Assembly (NCBI GenBank): GCA_044892505.1
Contig: CM097882.1
Location: forward strand, 542,190,001-542,254,000
Length of the DNA stretch: 64,000 nt
Source: Schmidtea nova
Lineage: Eukaryota
Direction of reading: 5' to 3'
Every line of letters starts with the position of its first letter. The stretch's first letter is position 1. Of this stretch, positions 36,601-48,300 are shown piece after piece. Position numbers and translations under genes: made by a program. Below the pieces are notes generated by a model. It saw only the letters and a program-made list of their open reading frames with translations. It was not told the origin of the DNA and made no database searches.

Positions 36601-39600
36601 ATAGTACTATATATTTATATATTATTGGTGTATAGGTGGTTAAATATGATTGTTTCTATGAGTACAGTTACCATAACATTACCACCTTTATAATAGCTAC
36701 TTTTTTTGTAACCAAATTGAAATTGTACGTTGTGGTATGGAAATCAGTGAGCAGGTAAGCTTAGTTACAAAACTATTCTTCATTGTATTTCCCTTTCAAA
36801 TTCATATTTGCCGATACGAGGTCTTAAACACACATTCACTTTACATTTCTAAAGCATATTCGTTTTTCGTTTAATCTTTTTTACAAATATGACAAATTGT
36901 TATCAATTGTTTATAACAACTTTTGAATTTACATCCATAAATCTTCCAAATTTTTGAGCAGCGCGTTGATCAGACTTTATGAGTTCTGATTCGAAATATA
37001 CCATGTTGATTAGATGATTTAATTTACTGTTTAAAAAATCGCTCACGGATATAACTTAATTGTTAAACTTTGTTTCTAAAATTTTAAGTCATTTTGGTCC
37101 TTTGGGGAATTTGTGTAGAGATCTGCCCATATTTTCTGTTGAAAATCCCTAGGAATTGTTTTTGTGGTTTTGTTTTACCCAGCACCACTAATTCATCTCT
37201 GAATGTTTGATTAACCAGCCTTTAGGATAAATAAACTTAATGAGGACAAAAATCCTTATCGGGGTCTCTTTTATCCCAGGTGCAAGTAAACAAAACCTCG
37301 CCTTCTTAAGCGATATAATTTACACTGAATACGATTCAATAACAAGTTTGTGACAGGGAATGACAAACGGAGCCTATGTCGTAGAGGCTACAAAGAAAAT
37401 AACCTATTAATAATTTGTTTCAAACCACCTGCGTTTCAACCCTAAGCCAACTTTAAACGGTTTTATCTGAATGGGGATCATATGAGACAGAGTATTACAA
37501 AATAGAAAATAAAATATAAACTTGAGAATATTTATTGTCATAAAATTACCTTTAAATTACAATTACAAAAAGATTAGAAATCCTTATATTTGTTCTTGGA
37601 TAGCAAATAATTAAAATATAATTTTATAAAGAGTTCTTCTTACTCATGAGATAGCGAAGTTAAAATAAAGATTTCGTCTTCCTATTTATACTAAATTCTA
37701 TGTGCATACCACACAATCTACTTTTTTGTTTCTTGTGATGTTTGCAACAAATATCAAGCAGATCATTCGTTGCAGAGTTTTATAATTTCAACGCATGCCT
37801 ACTTAGGAATTGATTTCTATTTATAAGTATTCAACTTATTCAGAAATATTTCTCAGTGTATCGCGATTACATAGAGTTTGTCCATTAAATGGTCGTGTGC
37901 TAGGTATTATCACGTATAAATCGATTGTCTAAACAATCAAGTTTGAATTAATATAAGTTTTCTCTGTTTTTACGATATTTCGATAATTTTAATTAAATTC
38001 TTCCGTATTTTATACTTTGATTATGCTATTTTGCATTTAAATGCGAGTTATAATCATCGTTTTTTATGTAAATTTGCTCTCTCTTGGGTTGCTTTTTTAT
38101 GGTTTCGCTATCATGACAATCTCAAGAAATACGGGTTTGTATGCCTAGTGTATTGGTGCTTGCAACCTCTTGATTTTTAAGATTTTATTTACTCGTGTTC
38201 CAATGTTATTTTGTTATTTATTTGGTTTTTTTATCGTGTTTTTTAAATTAACTTCTTGTAGGTGCATGTGTATTTTCGACGCTTTTAAACAAATCAAGAA
38301 TTTCACTTCTGTCAGCTCACCTGTTTCTTTTGTTTGAGAGTTACGTCGCCGTTTCTCCTTAGCACTGCGTCTCTCTAGCTCTTGATGTTATTATTATTAT
38401 TATTATTATTAGGCAACAAATAAATGATCAATATTTTAGTAAAAATGATCAGTATTTTTTAATGTTTTTGATCAGTATTTTAAGTAAAAAATGATCAGTA
38501 AACAATTTTTTTTGATCAGTATTTTATTAAAATGATCAATATTTTAATTAAATTATCAGTATTTAATGTCATTTAATCGGTTAAAAATTAATAACTGATT
38601 AGTATTGAAATCGAATTTGATCAAACAAAAATTAACAAGTGATCAGTATTTATTCAAATAATGATTGGTAAAAGGTGATAAGTAATTTACTAGTAATGCT
38701 TTTGTTGTTTTCTTTGGTCTTCCTCGCTGACGTTTCTCTCCGATTGGTATTTGTTTGGCAGCAGGTGGTGGCCTGACATATTTTAGACGAATAGATACAC
38801 CAATTACATGCTTATACATGTATTCTTTTTAAAAAGATGGACAATTACATGTACCTTCCTTCCATTTGGCACCGTCTAACAAAATATTTACTATCCACAC
38901 AACCAAAGATCTTTTTCTAAATTGATCGAATGTATTCCAACGCATGTCTTTCACATTTGTATCTGATCCTCTGATACTTTTGATTCGTTTCCTGCAGAAC
39001 ATTAGTAGTCTACACAATTGAAAAGAGTTTTAGATGTTATTATTTTACTACTTTTGGCCCAATGGTAACCATCTGTCCATTTTTTAGATCAATCGAAGGA
39101 GATTCGACGAATACTTTGTTATTGTTTTCATAAAGATTTGATCATTTTTTAACAGAATCGTAAAAGCGTCTTAATTTCTTCTTTCATCTCTTCAGTTAAT
39201 CTATTATTATCTAATAAATTGTCGTGCATGTGATCTGCTTCAGTTCGATATAAATCAACGTATTCATTGTTAAGGTGTATCTGAAGTAAAAGGCCAGCTG
39301 GACATTGTTTTCCTCTTAATTTTGCTTTGTTACACCTATAATAAACTTTTTTAGAATCAGCAGTTCTATTTTCATAATGATAACTCCTAGTATTTTCGGA
39401 TTTAATGAAATCGATCGCTTTATCTGTATTTGTATGTCATTTCAAACTTCCAATCACGTGATCTTTTTTCATTCGATTGGTACCCCTGTTAATATTTTCC
39501 TTATCTTTATATATTTCATTTTCGAAATCATCTTCTGATTCTGAAGATTCGTAAAATGGGATTTTTATTTAGTTTATAAATTTTTTTAAAATTTAAAATT

Positions 39601-42600
39601 GTTAAGATTTAAAAATGTTAACGTTTTTAATAGTCAAACAATTAGTTTTTAAACAATAACTAATTGACTACTAATCAAATTAATTAGAATACTGGTCAAA
39701 TAAAATTAAATATTGGTCATAAAAAATAATTTGCTTTTCATTCTAATAAATTACTGATCAAGTGATACTGATCATTTTATTAAAAAACTGATCAAATTAA
39801 TAAAATACTGATATTTCATATTAAAAAATACTGATAATTTGTATTAAAATACTGATCATTAAAACCTAAGCCTTATTATTGGTATTTATAATATTCACGC
39901 TATCTATTGTTTTGTTGATTTCTTCGGTTGTTTTTATAGCGATTTCCTTGTGCCTCTAACACAACCTGTTAGTAAACATTTTTCAATTTATTCTTTCCGA
40001 TTATTGACTGCTAATCTTTCTGCCATTGTTTTTAGAATTTTTTATAAAGACTCCCACTTATCCATTCCATTATGTGTATTCCAAAATCTAAGTTAAGTTA
40101 TCTATCAGCGTCGTTGGCTTTTTGAAGGCTACTCTCAACTTTTGGTTTAATGTTTTCTCTTAAAGTTAAAAGTTTTCTCTTAGCTGCCTAAATTTCTTCT
40201 ATCAGATCACCGTCGATCATTGTATTTATGAGAGACGACTACATTTTAATTGGAATTTTTGCCATTTCTAAGAATCTTTGACTTTTCTGGTAAAGTCTCA
40301 AATATTTTTATTTGAAATCCCAACTTGGGGATGATTCTTAGATAATTAGTAAATAAGTCTTATTGAACAATAAATATTTTCTTTTTACAATGTACAAGTC
40401 TTCAGATAATCAAAAATCAGAATGTAACAAAATGCTCGATTTAACAAAAATGTCGATATTAATTTCTTAATAGATGCTGTCTTAAATTTCAATTAAAATA
40501 TGATAATAATCTTATTGGGTGCGTGTTGTGTTATCCGTACAAAAATTACGTGTAAATCAATTGTATGACTGATTTAGGTTTTAGAAATTGGTTTAAATTA
40601 CCTTAAACCAATTTATTATTTTTTTATCGTTATATTTTAGTGCAAAAATATTTTTTGTGTATTTTGTTATTTTTGGTGATTATATTTATCATAAATTTTT
40701 GTATGGGACATTCTTTAATTATATATTTTAATTTATTTCAACTATACACTTTTATTGTTATTAAATGTGTTTATTTGTTTATAATTGTCTTAAAATATAA
40801 TATTTTTAAAATTAAAGTGTTTTAAAATCCAAGCATGTTTTGATATATGTTGGTTTTATATTTCAGAAAACAACCTAAAATTAAAATAATCAATACTCAA
40901 ATTAAATTAGCACATGTTGAAATAAACAATTAAAATAATTTTTTTTTCAAATAAATTATTTTCATTTAAATATCATTATGAATCATAAATAATAACTCAG
41001 TTGATGAATTCTCAAAATCATATATCAGTTGAAATATACTTTCTTTACATAATAAAATACCATACGATAAAATAATAAATTGCTAAGTCAATGTTTTCAA
41101 GAAATCTGCCCGGGTTAGATATTGTTATGGATAATTAAATAATTTTCAGATTACTGGGTTGATTAGGCTTGAAAATTGATGTGAGGATTTGGGTTGTTTG
41201 ATAGTTGATGTTGGGCTTAAGTTGAATGAACTTGAGGGTCAGTGTGAGGATTTGAGATATTTGATGATTGTTGAATTGATTACGATGGGTGTCTAATCAT
41301 TTTTCTGAGTGTATATTTACTTTATATTTGTTCGACTCTGTCTTATAATATTTTGACAAGACGAATGTGTCGATAAGGTTACCTTCATCATCCAACATTC
41401 AGTTAATGAACTTTTCAATATTATATCTTACAAAATGTTGTCAGTACTAATCTCCCAACCAGTATATCCGTGGATCTGGTCGCAATGTTAGTTCCAATTT
41501 CTTCATTCATTGTACGTTGTTAATAATAAAATAAGTTCATGTTTAAATAAACTTATAATTTCTATGTTGTGATTATTCAAATTATTTTAATTTTCAAACA
41601 TTTTTAACATACTATACAAATATTTGCATTTAGAAATTATTTTAAAATTAAAATATTTATCAGACAAAATTTAATTTTAATTAACAAATTTAAATTTTTT
41701 TAAAATTCTCTAAAGTTTCTCACAAATTGTATACCCATATTTTGTTTCAACACTTATTTACAAGGTTTTTAATAATAAACACAATTCTCCATTTCATATC
41801 TCGATTTTTCATATTACTCTGACTCCATTTCAATATGGAAAATGTATCTTTTTTGCTCGAGATTTTTTGCAATGTTTTGTCCAGGAACATGTCAACAGTG
41901 TAAAAAAGGTTTGCGTTGTAATGAATGTGACCCATCATAAAATCGTAAACTTGCTTAAAACACTGAAAATTTTATATACTTATTTGATTTTTACAAATTT
42001 GTGCGGTTTCATCTTGTACTAAAAATATATAAATAAATAATGAAGTTAAAAAAGGTTGGAAACCCCTGACCTAGATTATTCTGCTCTTACCTGCATGATA
42101 AGTTTATTTCAAGTATAAATGTTATTCTGAATAAATATTTAGTGTAAAATAGTGTAATTATGGTTAATACTGAATTATTAAGAATTGCTGAATGCTGATA
42201 CCTGTAGATGGTCTGTGAAGTAAATAAAATACGATATATACAACATCAATAACAAAAAAACTATAAATTGCACCAGTTGCAAGCAAAGTCCTAGCCGGAC
42301 TCCTGTCATTTCTGAAACATCTAGTCCAGTGGAAAGCGCACTGGAAGCTGAGAATCTTAATGTATATTTTGTATATCCTTCGCCTGTAACGTTATAACTT
42401 TTGAATAAGTTTCTTTACCTGTCCAGGGCGAATCCACGTGCCTTTGAGTGGTGTCCGTGGTGTCACTTTCACTAGATTCTAAGTCCTTAATACACCGACT
42501 GAGAAAATATGTTATATAATAGCAAAACCAAACAAGCTCACAATTAACCACCCTTTTTAAAACTCTCAGTCATTGATCACAGTACAACCATATTTGACGA

Positions 42601-45314
42601 AAAGCGGGGTGGAAAGGTTGAATTATAGCAGTTAATTGTTATAATATTTAGTTACAAACATAATTTCATTAAAATTAAACTCTTACTGGACTTTGGAAAA
42701 TTATTTAAATCAAAAAAATAATATTTATGATAACTTTTACAAATATTAATTTAAAATAAATTAATGTGAAAATTAAGGTAATCCAAGTAATACAAACGAA
42801 AAACAAATAACTATTTCTTTTAGAATATAATTTTCATCCTAGATCTTATAAATTATTTTAATAGTTTCAAAATTATATACACTTTTAGAACTAAATATTC
42901 ATTTACCAAAATATTGATATCTTATATGTGAAAAATAACTAACTTTATTTTATCTTTCCAAAAAGTAAATATGCTGCGATCCATAAAAAATAAGTAATGG
43001 CAACGCATATTTATTCATTTTCTTGTATTCAGTTTTATATTGATTTCAATCCTCGGATTTCGCTTTGTATTTCAGCATCATTTTATTATTTCTTACTACT
43101 GGTGAATGAATTGGGATATCAAACCAATCATAAAACCGAATTCTCATCTCATCGTTTACTGCGTACGACATTAACATGACAAAAACATGTTACTGCTTGC
43201 CTGCGATAATACATCAATTGTTATTGAATATTTGATTTATTATTCCAATTTATAGTCGAATTCACCATTCTCTCATTGGAAATGAACCTAAATCCATTAA
43301 GACGACTAATATACACACTCAAACACATGTTGTATTTGTAAGGTTCGGAATTAAATGTCTTGCTGTATAAGTCAATGTTTCTTTTTTGTTAGGAGATAGA
43401 TTCTCAGTCATCCAATCAAATACCCCGCAAATTTCTGAATTTTCTTTCCATCTCAATTACTTTTTTGTCGAATTATTTATTTTCCCATCAATAATTTGTT
43501 TCAATGTAATTGTCTAATATGCGCCATTTACTTTTGCTCAAAAATGTCAACCTGCAAATAAATCACAAATTCACTTATTTCTATAATAAATCTATTTCAC
43601 TTCTTTATTCTAATGTCGCGGCTGGTGCTCATAATTTTTCAATTCATCAATTGGCTGTTGCGATTTTGTCTCAATCATCTTAATCCGTTGCTTTATCTAG
43701 TTTGCATCTATACATCAATAACAATAATTAATGATCAAACTTCATTGATTGATTTGATGTTTTTTTCCATATCTCTTCTCAGCAATGAGTTCTCATTCTT
43801 CATTTCTGTCGTGTTGTCTTTCTCTTAATTTTTTATCTCGAACATTTTTTTGTTAAAATCACAAATAATAATATAATATTTTAATAAATTTAATTCTTGA
43901 TTACAATGTCTGTTCTCTCTTCAATTCGACAATATCATTCATTGGTGATTCCATCTTTTGACGTAAATAGTTGCCCAGTACAATCAATAATTTGCTATTG
44001 AGTTCTCATTCTTCATTTTTGTCGTGTTGTCTTTCTCTTAATTTTTTATCTCGAACATTTTTTTGTTAAAATTACAAATAATAATCAAATATTTTAATAA
44101 ATTTAATTCTTGATTACAATGTCTGTTCTCTCTTCAATTCGACAATATCATTCATTGGTGATTCCATCTTTTGACGTAAATAGTTGCCCAGTACAATCAA
44201 TAATTTGCTATTGAGTTCTCATTCTTCATTTTTGTCGTGTTGTCTTTCTCTTAATTTTTTATCTCGAACATTTTTTTGTTAAAATCACAAATAAAAATCA
44301 AATATTTTAATAAATAAATTTACTTCTTGATTACAATGTCAGTTCTCTCTTCAATTCGACAATTTTATTCATCGGCGATTCCATGTCTTGACGTAAATAG
44401 TTGCCCAGATCAATCAATAATTTCCTATTGAGTTCTAATTCTTCATTTTTGTCGTGTTGTCTTTCTCTTACTTTTTCATCTCGCATATTTTTTGCTAAAA
44501 TCACAAATAATAATCAAATATTAATCAAATACTTCTTGATTGCATCGTCAGTTCTCTCTTCAATTCGATAATTTAATTCTTCGCCGATTCCATCCCTAGA
44601 CGTAAATTTTTGCTTAGATCAATCAATAATTTGCTATGGAGATAATTATTCTCATTGAGGGCATTTATCATTCCATTATTTATCACTTCATTCATTTCAC
44701 ATCCAATTTCATTGAATGAACCGTTGATCGGCTGTTTTTTGTCATGCGATCTTTTATATATTTGTAACTGGTCTTTAAATTCACAATTTATCTTAATATT
44801 TGATCATAATTTCTGAATTTTGAACGGAAGACCAATGGTAATATCTTTTGGATTTATCATTTTCCTTTGATAAATCTCTAAATAAATTCCTTTTGATGTT
44901 CCTAGACTGAACTTATCATATCTATTTAAATAATGCTCAATGCAATCATAGCAAAAGTGACATTCACAAAGACCATTGTAAGCTGTTATCATTAATTCCC
45001 CATGTTCCTAAAGAATTAAATCAAAGTAACTGAGTAAAAATATTTTTATATATTTTAAAAATTTTCACGAAATACTAAAATTCAGCCTGCGACCTACATT
45101 TTGAGAACCTTCGTAATTGATAATAAATGACAAATAAAATATTTATTAACTGTAATTTAGTTAATTAATATGATTTAAAAATTTATGAATATATGTGAAT
45201 AAACAAACCAATAGATTATGTACTAGAAATGAAATAAAATTCTTTAATTGGGCAATGTAGGCTTATAAATTTTTTAACATTTCGTTACACTTTGGTTATT
45301 ATAATTATCTTAGC

Positions 45315-45397
<83 letters not shown>

Positions 45398-48300
45398 AAA
45401 AGATATGTCGCCCAGTCATAAAACTCCTCCTCAACGGTGAAAAGTAGCAAAGTCACATTTGTATCAGTTAACCAATTTACACTCTTACTCGCTGATATTC
45501 GCAATAAAATGAACTGCTACCTACCCCAAAATCCAATCCTGGTTCTTAACTAATGTAATCAAATGCAACGCGCGGAAGCAGATTTTTGGTCACCTACGTC
45601 ACCTTTTCTAAAAAGTCCTTGAGGATATTTACTGCTTGCAGAAGATTGATTTGGAAAAGTTCTTTGTTGTTGATTGCAGTAATCATCCGTTGTACCAACA
45701 CTAACTTGTATTGGTGCTTTATGTTTTGAATGACTATCGCATCATAGGCTGAGTATGTGACGTGTTGTTTGGAGGTAGGAAGAACAGTGTAATGTTCACC
45801 AATCCCTCGTTCGTCGGATGAGCAACAGTTATTGAGGATTAAGGCAATCTTACGCTTGCCTGTAGCCATGTGTCATCTAGGAACGACTGTTTGCTTCAAA
45901 CATTAATGGGACATGTTCTCCTCCGAAGCATCGTGGTATTTGGGAATTTTCAATCACGATTAATGGTTATTTGTATCCCAATGCGCTTCATGGCATAGAA
46001 CTGTAATCCGCTCTTTTGAACGCTTTACTACACTGCATTTTGTGATTTTGAAATTATTAGTGTTATTTAGTAGGATGTACTAGAATATCTTATCAACGTT
46101 GAAAATATTACTAAGGCTGAGTACATACAATATTACTGGAAGGAGATTATTTCACCAGTCTCCATAACATAATTCGTTCATCAACAGCCGCTGCTTCGCC
46201 ATGGAGTTTTTTTGCAACAACAGAATGGCATATTTTCGAACGATTAATCCATTTTTTGTCTATCTTCGTGCTTAAACTACAGTTTTCTTGCGAACTCTTG
46301 GGGTAGATCTCCGCATATTCGAGGTCTACCGGCAGCACAGTTCTGCACCACTCAAGAAGAACTGTGTAATCTTCTCTAAGAAAAATGACTTGTTGCACAT
46401 AACTCTCGTGTTCATACCACTTATTGTGTCTTTAAGGCTGTGAGTGGAAATGGAGGGTAGAAACAGCATGGACTACGTATATAGAGGGCATCTAAAATAT
46501 ACTGCTTTGTATGCACGTTTTCCTAACAAAGGCCTTGCGCTAATAAGAGTTCTGTACTGAACAGAACGCATTGATAATGTATTTCGATGCTCACACGCCA
46601 ACTTAATCTTGCTAATAAGCTAATAATTTCATATTTGTGATTGAGAAGTTCTTGGTATAAAACAAATCTTGCTTTTATGCGACATTCTTTTAGACAACCT
46701 CAATTGTGCTTAACAACTTGATAATAGGTGAATTTTTCAATCTCCTTGAGAGTTTGAAAATAATATTGTGATATAAATTTTAGTTTAATTTAAATTGTTT
46801 ATGGATGTAATAAATACTAGGAGTTCTAAAAAGAATAGTAACTTTAAAATCAATTCTTCGATTCGAAATTTTTGTATTTTTTTAATTTTAATTACAATAA
46901 AATTTAAACGTACGCATATGTTATCATTATAATTTCCGATCTTTTTTTCCACTTTTGATCTTGTAATAATTTCTTTTTCTTACAACTCAGATTTTTATCA
47001 TTTTATTTTTTACTGATGAAAATTTGATCCGTTTTCTGAAAAAAACGAAAACTCAGAAGTACATGTCAATAATCCTGAATACGTTAATTTATATTTAATG
47101 TTTTCTTTTTTCGTCATTTTTCTGAGGATAAATACGATTTGATGGAATTATTTTAATACATTTATCACCACGGGGTTCTTAGGTATCCCTGTCGATAATG
47201 CTAGAATCTTTTCTTGCCTTGAAAGTATTTAAGTCAATTATTTTAATTTAGTTTTCTAGCTTAACCTCTTACGCGGTTTGATGCATTGTTTGAAGCATAT
47301 ATTCGTCATATCCATTCTATTCATCTTTTTATGAATATGTTTTACATTTTGCACAATATTTGTTGACAAAAATGAAATCTTATCTTTATTATTTTAGTTT
47401 ATATTTATAACAGCTTATAAAAAACTGAAATAAAAGTTACAAAAAGGAGGGAGAAGTTATAGGATTGTAATTATATTTATATTTTTTGTGAAACAAATTA
47501 GATAACATAGAATTTGTTCTTTTGTATAATAAATTTTAAAACACGGAACTGAATACAATCCTGTTTTATACTCTTCGCACCAATACCTCGCATTCACTCG
47601 ATTTAATTTTTTTGATGACACACATGACAGTGTTTCGTTGGTTTAGCATTTTGCCGTTGATGGTAAAAACAAAGGGAAATGTCTTTCACCAAGTCTAGAT
47701 GGTTTCGGCGTTATTGAGATCTTCTTGTAGATGAAAATTCAAAAAGATTTTTAGTAAATTACGTTTCTTAATATAAATTAAAAATACGACACCTAAACAA
47801 TTTGCAGTTTGCAATGCGTACATCCTTTTTCTATTACTAGGATCGATTTCGCGTATATATTCGACATAATCATTAAGAATACAAAGCAAATTCATGATGC
47901 GAGTATATTCGTCATAAACACTGCAATACATTAGACCAGACCTGCACAACATACAGTCCGCTGGCCGCATTCTTAAATTCACATTAAATTTGAAATAATG
48001 TAAAAAAAGCGAATTAATGTAAGTATAAATGTTACTAATAAAAAAATTTTCTTTTTATTTCTTTTCGGCCCTCAACTATTTTCTTTGAAATTATTAACAA
48101 GTTTCTAATGTGTTTAATTTTTGTAATTCAATCGATTCGTGTGGAGCCCATTTCTGAATCTTTTTGACCATTGTAATTGTCTTTAAATTGTTATGAACGG
48201 CTGTTTTTGAGAAAGACAGGTTTATAGCAAGTTTTCGAACAGATCTTGTGAAAATTTGAGCAACAGCTTCACGTAAATCTTCCTCCGACAGCTTGATATC

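Noticed and set aside
43787-44640. CRISPR-like or spacer-bearing array (also considered for 1715-1833, 18070-18710 and 55202-55278)
   Set aside because: The units are head-to-tail with no unique spacers, the context is eukaryotic, and there are no cas genes.
45316-45504. 62-aa ORF ending in (IY)n
   Set aside because: It is a translation of the TA microsatellite.
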